Source: Leucoraja erinacea
Lineage: Eukaryota
DNA length: 64,000 nucleotides
Reading direction: 5' to 3'
Assembly (NCBI RefSeq): GCF_028641065.1
Contig: NC_073415.1
Location: 5,146,001-5,210,000 of the forward strand
Shown: in pieces, positions 43,405 through 57,300 of the stretch
Numbering within the stretch: the stretch's first letter is position 1
How the letters are laid out: each line of letters starts with the position of its first letter
Program-made: the position numbers and the translations under genes
Notes under the pieces: model-generated
What the model was told of the DNA's origin: nothing
Databases searched by the model: none
Seen by the model: only the letters and a program-made list of their open reading frames with translations

Positions 43405-44420
43405 TCAGGCGGGGGGGGGAGGGGAACGAGGGTGTCAGCTATCACGTGCCAGGAGGGCAGGCCGGCCAATCGCCGCGCGGCGCCCCCGTCACGTGATGGA
43501 CCACCCCCTTTTTGTCATGGAAGGAGGAGGGGGTGAGGGAGGAAATCATTCCCTCTCCTTCGGTGCCCGCTAGGAAAAAAAAAATCAAACCGGGATTCCG
43601 GGAATGGCTTTCGCTTTTTCCCCCATCGCGGAGGTTCCGACGTCAGCGGCCGGCCGTCGCCATGACTCACACGGTGATGGTAACCAATGGTGATGCGGGC
43701 CCGCGGTCACGTGGGAGGCCGCAGCCAATGGGGACGGGCGGTTTTCCGTCACGTGGGGCGCGCTGGCCAATCGGCGCGTCCAAGATGGCGGGGGGTATAT
43801 AAGGTGTCGTCGGGGTGCCATTTGCGGAGCGTAGGCTCGGCTTTAGGGAGTCGCTTCTCGTCGGATTTATGTAGAAATCCCCAAACGAAACGGGTGTAAT
43901 ATAGGTTTAAAAACTCTCCCGAAGGCGCCGGCACTCGGTTGCCGTTTTCGACAGCTGGATTTTAAGCGGCAGCATGGAAAGTGAAGGCGGTTCTGCGGCC
44001 CCGGCAGGCCCAACGACTCGGTGAGTGCCGGCGGGGACAAGGCCAAACTGCGGGCGGGGGGAGGGAGGGAAGGAAGGAGAGGCCGGGCGATCGGCTTTTA
44101 TTGTTATCGGCGCCGAGCGGGAAACGGCTTCCTGACGCCATTTTGTACGTGTGTGTGTGTGAGGCCCAGCGCCGGGGCCGTCTCGGTGCTCGCCGCCACT
44201 TTCATTTCAAGAAGGAAAGAAACGCCCGTTACCCTTTCCGCACAGCGGCGGCGCCGCCTAAAGATGGACGTCGGTGTGTGGCCGCAATGGATGGTGTGGG
44301 TGGCAGCAGAGTGCTTCTTGTGCATTAATTCCGCCGCCTCCCTCCCTGACCTGTTTTTTTTTGGGGCCTATTAATTAATAGCGTCTACTTCCCCGGACGG
44401 ATAGCTACGGAGCCGAAATG
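43405..44420 (+). promoter_or_regulatory. CpG-island promoter of an unidentified + strand gene
   Basis: Four TCACGTG E-boxes, four CCAAT boxes, TTCCGGGAA, TGACTCA, YY1 CAAGATGGCG (43781), TATATAA (43796), GCCATTT initiator (about 43817) and donor CG|GTGAGT at 44021. Confidence 0.85.
43974..44020 (+). CDS. Possible coding part (or uORF) of exon 1 of the unidentified gene, MESEGGSAAPAGPTT-R
   Basis: Strong Kozak agcATGG, open to the splice donor (phase 2). No downstream exon recognised in the window. Confidence 0.35.
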
Positions 44421-47400
44421 GCAGCAATAGCAAAGTCTTTAGTTGTAAGAGAGTACATCATTTCACTCAGTGCTGTGTTCGCCCCTACTTTTACACAATA
44501 AAATACTTCAAATGTATTCCAGAAAGTTAGTTATGTATCTATTACATTATTGTTGATTACCTGGTCCTAATATAGGTAATATCGACGGTAATATGTGATT
44601 TCGGTATTTGAACGCAAGCATTGGTATAGGCTTTTGTAAGCTGGCCAAGCCTGTGGATAACTGCTTTGATTTGTTTACCTTAGATATGGGTTCAGGTGCC
44701 GGCCATTTCAACCAGTACGCGAATGCGCGGAAGTGCGAAGTTGATGCACTCGATCTTATTAAATGGAGGCATTGTAAAGTCGTTTGCAGAAAAGGCTCAG
44801 TTTCACGTGACGATAGTTAGTTAATTGCTACCCATCTCCAGCGTTGTTAAATTATGAATTCAGAACGTGACCAAGATACACGTGTACTTGGTGGTATAAT
44901 TATGAAACTAAGAGTTCGGCCATTCGTTATGACAATCTGAACGTTGTCTTGAAACCCATGTTTGAAATATGGTGCAATTTGCATGCTCTGCTTTTCTGTG
45001 TGACAAAATTGTATTGATCACAATCTTGATTAAAGCTAACGTGATGGCAGTTTTGACTCAATTTGATATATGCACACTACTATTAACAATCAGCAATCGA
45101 ATTTCTTATGCAATTCTATGTGGACATGAAAACATTACAGTATTCTGTGATCTACATTGAACACATGGGATGTTTTAATTATGACATTTTAGTTTGGGGC
45201 TCTGTTTGTATAGCATAGACACAAAGTCCCTATCTTGTGGCCTTTAGTTATTTAACTGATTACACGAATCTTGTACAGCCTGTTTAAAACAGTGATTTAT
45301 TTACCTTTTATGCAAATTAATATTTCCACTTGAAGAATGGTGTGCTATGTTTGCTAAATGTGATGCAAATGTATTCCTAAGAATTACTCTTGAAACAATA
45401 TTGTCTATAATCAATTCTCCTCAACCTTTCACTGTAAAAATGATAGGAAATGTAGGAATATTATATTGTTAATTATGATGAAAAGACTGGCCAAGTTGTG
45501 TTGTATCTTGGTTTGTGAATGTAAAATGATTTTTCCTATTTGAATTAATAACGTGCAATACACGCATCGCTGGGAATGCAGCTCAAAGGAATTCCTTCAA
45601 CTTAATGAAATTTGGAGCATTGGTTAAATTTGTAATTAAGAAACTGAGCAAATGAATGCAATGTCTACTACTCTGGATTCAATTATTTTATTGATTTAAA
45701 AAAATTAATATTGTATTTCATTATCATTTTCAAGCACTGAGGTGACCCTATCCATTATCAAATCTGTATCTCATAAAATATTTAGTACTATGGAAATTTA
45801 TTTTATCACTGCAGCTGGTCAATTTCAATATTTTGTGGCATGGTTGGACGCGTTTTATCTCTGAATTTTCACTTTAGTTTTACGGTAGAAATGGTATCAT
45901 TGCATTTGTCAAATCGAATATGACAATGTTAAATAGTTTGCATGGTTTAAATTGCTATTGGAAATCGACAAACAGAATTACTCTGGCAGTTCCAAATAGT
46001 TAAATTGGAGTCTGTAGAGGCTGTCTTGCACCTTGGATGGTTTGTGATTTAAGTCCATGAAATTGTGAAACTCTTTATTGCTTTATGCTAGACGTTTTTC
46101 ACTCTGCATAATAAGGAAGCTTAGCTTTGAATATGTATTTGCCATCATGAAGTACATTAGATTGGAAAACTGATATCTCACCTGCTGAGTTTCTCCAGCA
46201 TTTTTGTCTACCTTCAATTTTCCAGCATCTGCAGTTCCTTCTTAAACATTTAACTAACGAACCTAGGCTGAAATATGATTCCTTGATTGAATTAAGCGCT
46301 GTTGGATGTGAAGCTAATTAGGCCTGTCAAATTTGTCTCTTCTTCAATTGGATCCACCATCTCTTGCACAGGTCTGGCTGTAATATTAAATAATACCGCA
46401 TTGAGATTCTGTGCCTGAATTTAGCCGTTTGTGTGTATGTTGGGTTGATGTGGGGGTGAGTGTTTGTTTGGAATTTGACTGTTTCTTCATCTCAGTGAAG
46501 TAGTGTCATCTTTACGTTGTGTTTAACTGTCCTGTGGCTCCTCTGATGATGAGCAAAAAGAAAAAAATTGTGAGATCAAGATGATGAGAGGCGATGGGTA
46601 GCATGAGTGGGAATAAGTAGCAGAATGAAAGAAGCATGTTTACACCATTCACAATTTTGGGGATTTATGTTCCTGGTTGAATCCAGATGAGAGCAATTTT
46701 CTTAACAGTGTACATGGCTGATAGGATTAATTTTCATCTGTAAGTATTTACATTGTTGTATTGGACAGTTTCAGTCAATTCTGTGCCCTCTTTTGCACCT
46801 GGAATGCACTGAATTGCACACAATGGCAATAAACTGCAGTTTGGTATCTCCATTTCAAAAACTGAATTTAATTTGCCCAGATTACTCATTTGTGCTACCA
46901 TTTTTATTTTGGTAGCTATTTGACAAAAATAGAGTAAGATGCAATTCTTGTAAGAAATAAATGATATATCCACTTATTGTGGCTGAAATTATTCTCTCTT
47001 CCGACTGCTGGTACTCCCCTTCAAAGTTAATGATGAACATGTTAAAGGTTACAGGAGTACTCAATTGTTAATTAGAATAAGTTATTTAAAAGTGCACTTT
47101 TTGATGAATTTTGCTCTTTCTGGTTAAACAATATGTTTGTAATACAGCCTTTAGGGTTTACAAGGTGTGAGAGAAAGTGGGAAATCTTGTTATTTGGTTA
47201 ATTTAAAAAAAAAAACAACATTCCTAGAAGGTGACAAAACAGGTTCTTCAATTTTTGCCTTTTTTGGGCTGTGATTTTTTTCCCCAGATGAGATTTGTTG
47301 TAAAAATGAAGATAGACACAAAAAGCTGGAGTAACTCAGTGGGACAGGCAGCATCTCTGGAGAGAAGGTATGGGTGACGTTTTAGGTTGAGACTTCTTCA

Positions 47401-47874
47401 GACTTAGTTGTAAAAAATGTATTGTTTAATCAGGAGGCCCGGAGCATAAAGTTGACTGGAAACAAAACAGCATGGTAGGTTAGGAAATCCGGTCTATTCT
47501 GGGCCTACTTCTGAAATATCTGCTAGATTCAGATTTTTTTGTGTAATAAACTGATTCTTTTGGAAAGTTTCACAATGTTGTTACATGCCATTAACACGTT
47601 CTCTGGTATATTTTCTCACGTTTAAATTAGCCGTGGTGGAGTGTGTGCCGCCTCCCTCCTCGCAGACAAGGTCATCATTATCTTTGTGGATAATGAGTAC
47701 CAACATTCTCCTTTTTAGCAACTCCAGAGGCTGAATAAGAAATTTAGTGGTGTAAATTACGTGAGTAATGTTGGCAAACTCCACCCTGTCTCACTCCTGT
47801 GTTACTTTTGCACTGTGAACTCCTCTATGGAATACACTCCTGGCTGGCCTGTGTCTTACATGTGCCATAAGGCT

Positions 47875-48168
47875 CGGTGGGGGAGGACCACAGTCTAGGG
47901 TCCTTCCTCCTCTGCTGGACATGGGGGGGGGGGGGGGGGGGGGGCAGGGAGTGGTGGAGATGTCCCAAAAAAATGAGGGAAGGGATTCAACGCCAGTGGG
48001 CCACATGAGTGCCAAGGGTGGGGGATAAACGTGAAATTTGTGCAATGTGTATAAACTGTATTGAATGTAAAGCCTCCGAGAATGTAGGATGAGTTTTTTT
48101 GCACAGTTCCTGTTTTGTATATATTTATTACTTGAATAAAGTCTATTTTGAAACATAAAAAAACAAAA
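47875..48168 (+). mobile_element. Tx1/L1-clade LINE 3' end fragment
   Basis: Reverse-complement match to 50590-50815; AATAAA and A-rich tail. Confidence 0.7.
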
Positions 48169-48715
48169 TAATAATTGTGAGGTCATCCAAACCTCGGTTT
48201 CCAGTATCATGGACCAATTAATTTGTACCCCTCTCTCCTGTCTTTCTGATTTGCATCTCTGCTGAACAATATCCTTACTTTTAGAATTCTAAAATTTCAG
48301 CAAATCTTAAAACTTTGCAACCATCTTCGATCTTCACATTCTAGCTACAATGTAAACTTCCTGCATGCGGCTGATTTTAATGGTGCCTGGGCCATGGGCA
48401 ATTGTCCTGTAAAATTTGGTTGCGTAATGCTCTTGTGAAAGATCGTTGAATATCGTAATTCATTATGTTTTAATCTCATTCATGCCATTTGTTCACCGGG
48501 GGGGGGGGCACTATTCTTGTCCTTATTTGACATACAAATACATTTCCAGCATGCTTTGCTAGATAGTGGCAAGTTGGGATATTGAAAGATTTTTTTTTTT
48601 TTTTTTCTAGCTTGACTGCATATAATGGCAGTGCTATGCCTGGCAATTGTGACCAAATTACCCAATCAAACTTCTTTGAAAGTGTCCAATGTTGAATTTA
48701 TGTGAACAATTAATA

Positions 48716-49754
48716 TAGCAATGTTACAAAATTTTGAGATTTAAAAAATCAAGTCTGTAATTTATCCCATCAGATAAAGCATAAAAAGAAGTTTAATTTG
48801 ACACCTAATTCACTTTCATATCTCAAGTATTTAAAATGTTATGGCCATTTTCATACTTGGAAATTAGCATCTTGTTCTCTATTGATTTTCTATGGACAAG
48901 ACAAAAAAGCTGATCGTGTGCTGTCAAAAGGCCATAACCTTCTTAAAAATTAAGAGAACTGAATGAAATTTTCAGTTATCGTAGATTGAACCATTCTGAA
49001 ACAAATATAAAATAATCTTACTTGGATGACCTGAAATTAAAACATATAATTAGTTAGTTACCCAAGTGTAGCTAATTTCAAACTTCAATTACTAGATCTA
49101 AACATCTATCCATTTCTTAATAAATGATTAACATTTTTAAATAGCCCAAGTATCCAAATAATATTCATAAATAATTCACAATAAAACATGATTTTGAAAT
49201 CTCATTTACATTAATTTATAGGCCAAATGGAAGGAATTTAGTGTTCAATTGCTGTAAATTAAAGTCCATTTAAATCAGCTTTCTAGTGGGATCCTGTGAA
49301 CGCGCTGGTTTAGAACGTTCACATTGCGCTAGTTTTGTGCCCTCAAATGCCCAGAAAAATACTGCGGGATATAAAGAGCCCAAAATTAGCTACTCGCAAT
49401 AGTAAACTTTGTATAAAGGGTTCTTAAGAAGCCCTTTTTTAATGTAAAAATAAGCTACATACCTTCTGTATACAGCTCCATGCGGCCCTGTGGTTGCGTG
49501 AGGTCGCGGGTTTAGAGAGTGATTTTTAAACTATTATAACTATTATACAAGGCCATAAAAACTAATAATACCTTTTGCGACGGGGTCTTTCAGCGATTTT
49601 TCGTTAATGATTTACTAGGCTGAACATCTTCGATTGGAACAGCCTAGTGAAAATCGCGTTTTAAACCCGCCCCCCTCTAAACGGCGCCACAATCACGCAC
49701 ACCCTCAGCGCCAGATTTTCAGCGACGCTTCAGGTAGGCTTTGTAACATACCTA
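48716..49754. mobile_element. Probable non-autonomous DNA transposon, about 1 kb
   Basis: Imperfect terminal inverted repeats TAGCAATGTTACAAA / TAGGTATGTTACAAA (13 of 15); CpG-rich right part; no clear TSD. Confidence 0.5.
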
Positions 49755-50584
49755 ATTTATATGAAATTAACCTGACTGCTTTTTCTGAGGTAAGTATCCT
49801 GCTTTAATGACGAAAAATTTGTGTTTTTATCTCCTCTGCTCTTTAAATAAAGTTGACATGATTATGAATCATTTGAGTTACTCAACCTATTTATTGGTTG
49901 TCATAGGTATTCTGTTCCTATTTTGTGTTTTCTACAAACCACCACCTACACCGCAGTTGGTGAACTGCGCTTACTGCTGAGTCATTGAATCTTCTAGTTT
50001 GTCTACTTCGCTGTTTTAACAAGTTGAACCTTTTGAGGGAACATTTTGTAAAACACACATGTACTGGTAAATCTTCCCTGGAGTGAATTTCAAAATGGTT
50101 AATTAAATATGTAACACAGATAATTTTAAGAGTATAAACTAATACCAAAATAATTGCATATTTTTTGCAACACGTAAAAATACTTCTGAACTTTCATTTC
50201 GAGAGTGTATTTTGAATCATTGGGGTCTAAAGAATCAATTGGAGTAATTTGAGATGGTTCATTTTAGCCTAAGAAAGTTGTTCACGTTGACTCTGTTTTT
50301 TCCTGTATGCCACTTACTCTCCTTGTTTCGAATAAAACCTACATGTGCTTTATAATAAATATACACAGAACAACCTAATGTTTCAGCAGAATTTGGGGTT
50401 TACTGATTCTGTGAATTGCTTGGTTACAGCACTTAACAGCAATTTTCAATCAAATATATAGTCTATAAAAGTTATTAGTTACTAATGTTAGTGTCGTTTA
50501 GAGTTTAAGAACCTGATGGTTGTTATGAAGAAGATGGTTGTTTTCAGGCTCTTGTGCCACTTTCCTGATGGTCGGAAGGATTGT

Positions 50585-52550
50585 TTTGTTTTGAATTTCA
50601 AATTAGTCTATTCAAGTAATAAATATATACAATATAGGAACCGTGCAAAAAATTTGTTTGCACAAATTACACACATTTATCCCCCACCCTTGCCACTCGT
50701 GTGGCCCACTGGCGTGGAATCCCTTCCCTTATTTTTGAAGGGCGTCTCCACCACACCCTGCCTCTCCCTAATATCCAGCAGCGGAAGGACCCTAGACTGT
50801 GGTCCTCTCCCACAGAGCCTTGGCGTTGGCTACCAGGCTTCCATGAGTCCCTCAGCACGTACTCCTGCAGTCTGCAGTGCGCCAATCGGCAACATTGCCC
50901 AACGGACATCCCGCTCCGCTGGGAGGTCAACAAAGCTTGGGCAGACCAAAGAGCGTCTTTCACCGAGTTGATGACCTTCCAGCAGCACTCGCTGTCAGTC
51001 TCTGAATACGTCCCTGGAAATAGTCCGTAAATCACAGAGTCCTCTGAAGGAGCTGTTCGGAATAAATTGTGACTGGGACCCTTGCTAACCTTTCCAGACT
51101 TTCTTTGCGAATCCACACTCTGCAAAGAGGTGGGCAACCGTCTCCTCTCCATAGCAGCGTGTGCAAGTAGTGAGGTTCCGACAGTACAGGAAGGATCTGA
51201 TTGGGAGGGCTCCCCTCACCACCAGCCAAGCCATGTCTTGGTGCTTGTTGGTTAGTTCTGGCGATGAGGCATTTTGCCAGACAAGCTTGACAGTCTGCTC
51301 TGGGAACCATGCCACAGGATCCATGGAGTCAATTCCTTGGAGTGCCAGTAAGACGTTCTGTGCTGCCCACCCACTGCCCAATGGACTTGTGGTCAAAGGT
51401 GTTGGTCCAGAAGAACCTTTCCACGAACGACACATGGTGCAGCAATGTCCAGCTGATTGGCAGATTGCGTGGCATCTGCACCAGGCCCATCCTTTGCAAC
51501 ACTGGGAACAGATAGAACCTCAGTAGGTAATGACACTTGGTGCCCACGTGCCTTGGCCCTACGCGTTGTCTGATGCAACCACACACGAAGGTGGACATCG
51601 GGGTGAGGGCAACGTTGGGCACAATTTTACCCCCATTGTCTGCCGAAGTGCATTGCGGCTCGTTGCACCCAGTCTATCGTCAACCTCCAGATGAACTGGA
51701 AGACGGCCCGGTGATACCTGTGGCGTAGGAGGGAGGGACAGGTCACACTTTTGCCAAGTACAGCAGACCTGAGAGCACTTCATACCTGATGACCAAATTT
51801 TTCCCCGTTATAGAGATGGAGTGCTGCTTCCACAGCTCCAGATTCTTCCCCACCATGGCTATCTGCTCCAGCCAGTTCTTGTCACACGCCTCAGCTCCCC
51901 CGAACCAGATCCCCAGCATCTTCATGAAGTCATGCTAGATGGTGAAGGGGACAGAAGATCGGTCAGGCCAGTTGCCAAAGAGCATGCCCTCGCACTTCTT
52001 GCAGTTCACCCTGGCTCCCGTGGCCAACTCAAACTGGTCGCAGACGTTAATCAATCTGCGGACCGAACCTGGATCTGAGCAGAAGACGGCGACATCGTCT
52101 ATGTTCAGGGAGGTTTTGACCTTTGTGCCCCCACTGTCTGGCAATGTAACTCCTCTGCTCGCGTCCTTCCTGATGGACAAGGATTAGGATCAGTGATACA
52201 CAGACGAAGACGGGAGAGAGGGCAACCCTGCCTGACTCCAGACCTGACAGGGAAGCTGTCTGATTCCCACGCATTGATTTGGACTGCACTACAGATATTG
52301 GTGTAAAGCAGTTGGATCCAATTTCTGATTCCCTCCCCAAAGCCCGTTTTGGAGAATACGTCCCTCATGTACGTGTGCGATATCCTGTCGAAGGCCTCCT
52401 GGTCCAAGCTGTCAAGGCAGGCTTTCTGCCAGGTACAGCACAGGTTTGGGCCGGGTTGATCACCCTTTCCAGAGCAGACTTGACCCGGTTGGCGATGGCC
52501 TTAGACAGGATCTTGTAATCAACATTCAACAATGTGATGGGTCTCCAATT
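50585..52550 (-). mobile_element. Tx1/L1-clade LINE, 5'-truncated and frameshifted
   Basis: LDQ-EAFDRISHTY, SGVRQGCPLS, IDDV, LGIWF and the C-terminal zinc knuckle CTRC..ETVAHLFAEC. Confidence 0.9.
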
Positions 52551-52964
52551 CTCATTCTCATTCAGATGGTTGGAATGAGGGTATGGTCATAGTTGTGTGG
52601 ATCTTTAATAAAGGCTACCCTTTTGAGGCAGCGCCCCCTTATAGACCCCTTTGATGGTGGGGAGGTCCATGCATATGATGTACCATACACTTGTAGAGGC
52701 TTAATTGAGTATTTCATGCAGCATTGACCTGAATCTTCTCAATCTTAAAAAAGTAGAGGCATTAATGAACTTTTTAAAAAAATATATATTTTTTATGTTC
52801 TGGATCCAGGATAGATCTTCAGAGCCCAAGAGCTCGAAGCTGTTGATTCTTGCACTGTCCTGTCAATGAATGGTCTGTGGATTCTTGGCGTTACCCTCTT
52901 AAAGACAATCAGTTCCTTGGTCTTGCTGGCATTGCAAGTAAGATTGTTCTGGCACTATCAATTA

Positions 52965-53165
52965 GAGCACACGCACCCTCCCCCCCCCCCCATCCCCCAC
53001 CTCACTCACTGGGGCCATTGTTGCCGATCGGCAAACTGACCTGTAAGTTCCCGCATTACCCGCTAAATAGCCCACCGCACGGAATATGTTAAGAGCTTGC
53101 CGTGGGCCGCATAAATTCTCGTGGCGGGCCGAATGTGGCCCACGGGCCATATTTTGGAGGCCCTG
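52965..53165 (-). mobile_element. hAT/Charlie-like MITE fragment
   Basis: Minus-strand terminus CAGGGCCTCCAAAATATGGCCCG with repeated GGGCC subterminal motifs; the other terminus is not clear. Confidence 0.4.
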
Positions 53166-53769
53166 GTGTAGAGTAAAGCACAGGACTGAGCACACAATCT
53201 TGAGATGCTCTATGTAGATGGTTATTGAGGAGGAAGCATTGTTGCCAATTTGTACAGTTTGTGGTCTGCTGATGAGAATCCAGGGCTGAGTGGAGACCTA
53301 GTTTGAGTTTGGAGGGATGATGGTTTCACAGTTTCCCAATTGGGAGATCCAATTTATGAAATTAATAAGTTTGGAGGGATGATGGCGATGAATGATTGTC
53401 GATAAGCCATAGCCCGTGTATGTGTTCAAATGGTACAGTGAGTGCATAGTGGAGACCCAACAACTTTGCATCAACGCAGCACCATTTTGCCATGCTTCAA
53501 ATGGAACATGCATGTATTGTAACATCTACAGACGTGGCTTGAAAGGTTATAACATCTTTTACAACCATGTCTAAAGTCAATCAAATAGGTTGAATGCATC
53601 TTTCTCCTTAATGTGGCATCAATCTCCTTCCTGTGATAGCACAACCAGGCAGCTCTGCATATGATAACAAGATCAACTATTTAATTATTTAGTAGTAAAG
53701 GATGCTTTTGATGAGGTCCCTTATGGTAGACTGATTGAGAAGATTAAGATGTACATAATTCAAGATTAC

Positions 53770-54385
53770 TTGGTCGCATGATCTCTATTCCCTGCATTTC
53801 TATGCACCTATTCAAAAGCCTCTTCTTAAACGTCACTATCACATCAGTTTCCACCACCCTGGCAATGCATTCCAGACCCCCCCACCCCCATGTGAAAATC
53901 CTGCCTCGCACCTCCCTTAAGCATTTCCTTCTCTTACCTTCTTGCTCCGCTCTAGTGTTGGACTTTTTCACCCTCGGAAATTGGTTCTGACCATACCTTA
54001 TCTAGTCGCACAATTTTATATTCTTCTATTAAGTCTCCCAGCAACCTCTATAACATTCCAGAGAAAACAATCCAAGCTGATTGTTGTAGCTGAAACCCTC
54101 TAATCCAGGCAGCATTCTGGTGAACCACATCTGTGCCCTTGCCAAAGCTACAGCTTTCCTGTAAAGTAGGGACCAGAACTGCACGTAATATTTGAAATGC
54201 GGTCCAACCAAAGTCCCACGGGACTACACTATGACTCTGACTCAAAGCCCCTAGCAATGAAGGCAAGCGGGAGATCCCTCTGCACATCATTGCTGTTAAG
54301 GCTCTTGCCATTAACTGCTCAATATCTCCTTATATTCAACCTTCAAAATGCAAAACCTCGCATATGCTCGAGTTTAACAATATCT
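53770..54385 (-). mobile_element. Old CR1 fragment
   Basis: VGPHFKYYVQFWS..FTRMLPGLEGFSY, decayed. Confidence 0.7.
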
Positions 54386-57300
54386 TAAACGCAAATTTAA
54401 AGTCTAAAATGTGATTTGTAGAATTTTATGCAATGAAGTATATGTATATACTGCATAGAACATCTGCCTAAAATGTACATATTGATGGCAATGTTGTTAA
54501 AGATCTCTCCTTCACATGGACTGGCATTCAATATACTGCATTCATTTATGCTTCGGTTTATACATGCCATTGGCTTTGCATTGTGCCAATTAGCTAAATG
54601 ACAGTTCCTCACTCCCAATTGAAGCTACTTGTTTTGTTTTACTGTGCTTTTCACAGCTGTGTTTCTTTAGAACCTGGACTATTTACGTACCTTCGAGCAC
54701 TGTTTAATCTTGATACCATTATTAAGAATAAGGGGTAGGCCATTTAGGACTGAGATGATGAGAAACTTTTTTGTTACTCCTTAACCAATGTGCCCAAATT
54801 AATTTATAATTTTTAATTCTATTTATACTAATGCACAGACTAATTACTAATTTTAAGCAGCGGGAGTGGATGATGGGCAGATAGAACTGGGTGGGGAGAG
54901 GAATGGGTAGGATAATTGAAGATAGACTAAAAACTAGGTGAGAGGGAAAGCATCTTGATAGAGGGCATTCTGAAATTAGAAAGTTCAATATTCATACCAT
55001 TGTGTTGTGTTCATCCCTCCTATTCTCTTCCCATCTGGTTCCACCTATCATTTACCAGCATATATCCCAAACTCCTTTGGTCTGCCATTTACTGGCAATC
55101 TACCTGTTCATGCATGACCATAACCCGAAATGTTGACTTACACCTTTTGCTTCCACAGATGCGGATTTTTTCTTCTTGATTCTACCATCTCTATATTCTC
55201 GCATCTTCTGAAGTTTACACTGGTGCTAGGTAATATCATGCCTTTCCATTGAATGCATTTGGTTAGGATAATGGAATTGAAATGCCAATTCAGAAGGTTA
55301 TTAGTTAATATTAGATCTATGCTCTTATTCAGACTTTGGATAGCTATTGAGCAAATTAAAAATTAGATTGATTCTATCAGTTTCAAGGTTGACTATATTG
55401 GAGTATTTTAACTTGCCTATTTGTTGGATTTTATTTATTGGTGTCAGTGAAGAAAATATTGAAGGATATCATGTATAAAATATGTGGAAATAGAAATAAA
55501 ATGTATCTAATCCTTCATTGAATCTTCGAATGTTAGGAATCTTTACAATAAGAAATAAAACTTTGAACACTGCAGCGCTTATCTTGTTTACCGATCTATA
55601 GTGCTTCCTCATTGAAATTAAAAACAATTAATTGTAACAATAAATTAATTCTGCAGAAAAAGAAATTGGGGTAACACATCAGATTGAAAATCCTTCATCA
55701 GGTCATTTATTCTTGCTGTTTTCTGCCCATTAACTAATCCTCAATCTAGACCAGTATATTACTCCTTAAATAACGGCAACCTTTTATGTTTCACCGTGTC
55801 AAAACCCCGATGGAAGTCCAAATGCATTGTATTAACCAGTTCACTCTTATCTATTTTATTGGTTGCAACCTCAAAAAAACCCATCACTTTCCCTTTCATA
55901 AACCAATATTGACTTTGCCTGTTCCTTTTGTATTTCCAATAAGCCATGTCACTGCTCGCGATGTGAGCTGATTTTGGTGTTCTATTTATTTACAGCATTT
56001 TCTGCTTTATATTAGCATTAATAAATTCATTTTTGCATTATCTATTTCTGCTGCTGCATCTAATGCGACATTATGTCATGTGATCTTTTATATATTAGTA
56101 TTCAAGTACGTTTTAATTTGGTCCAATTTGTATGGGGTAAATGAGCAAATTTAGGTTTCCGTGAATGTGCTGTAAATTGTCATGTTTTTTTATGTAATAA
56201 CAGTTGTCATGTTATTTGATGTAATAACAAGTTCTAAAATGGAATATTAATAAGCTGGAATTTTAATTATCCAAACAATGAGGCCTATGAGTTACTGAAT
56301 TTTTTTTAAAATTTGTAAGCCTACATGCCTGAGGGCACGCTTAAAAGCATTACAGGTTATAATTCTGTCAGTCCTATTTGATGTTTATCCGAGTATATTT
56401 GAAAGGGTGTGATGATGGCCTATTTTCGGCACTTGAACACAAAGCAATGAACATTATAATACTTGACTAGACACAAGGAACTGCAGATGCTGGTTTACAA
56501 AAATAAACAAAGTGCTGAAGCAGCTCAGTGGGTCAGGTAGCGCCTGTGGGGAATGTGGATAGGCAAGGTTAGATGCATTTGCTGCTATTTCCTTGCGTCA
56601 TGTTTCTGTTTCTAAAGGTAGGTCCAGCCTGTTCATCCTTCCCATTTGCCAATTTTTTTTATTACATGAATTAACCTCTTTTCATAGCCCTCAATCTCCC
56701 CCAAGCATGTCTCATCTATCACAGTATTGTAGGTATACCTCAAAGGACTGCAGCGGTTTCACCACCATCTTAAGGGCAATTAGTATTGGGCAATTAAATG
56801 CTGGCTCAGCCTGTGCAGCTCATCCCATGAATGTGAAAAATATCTTGAGAGCCTGGAGATCAAAATTATGCGTGATGTTCTAGATAAAATTGAATCTTGC
56901 AATAAAGGATAATATTCAATTTTAGCAAAACTGACGGAACCTGATGATTCATGATTAGATTGATGTCTTAATTTTGCGGAGGGCTAGTTAATTTTAATTC
57001 CTTTAATGGGAATCTCCATTTGCAGTAGAAAAGAGGCCGATTAAAATTTTGCAATTTTGGCTTCAGAACAGTTGCCGTGGTGAAAGTTATTTTGAATGTG
57101 TACTAATTTAAGCAAAGTGTTCTCCATTGATTATAAAACAAACTTATTTAAAGCAGAAAGGACCAAATACTCAGCTAACTGTAGAAGCCGAACAAAATTT
57201 GGATTTAAAAAAAAAAGGAAATTTCTTGCTATGTGTTGATTTTGATGTACAAATATCGGTTTCTATAAATTTAGCAATACATACACCATTTGCAGTTGAA

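Noticed and set aside
43405-44420. Naming the third gene BRD4, and the many overlapping GC-rich ORFs
   Set aside because: Only synteny suggests BRD4 and no bromodomain exon is visible; the ORFs reflect stop-codon scarcity in a CpG island.
49780-49800. Strong donor GAG|GTAAGT as exon 2 of the third gene
   Set aside because: No convincing acceptor or reading frame upstream; it lies at the edge of a probable transposon.
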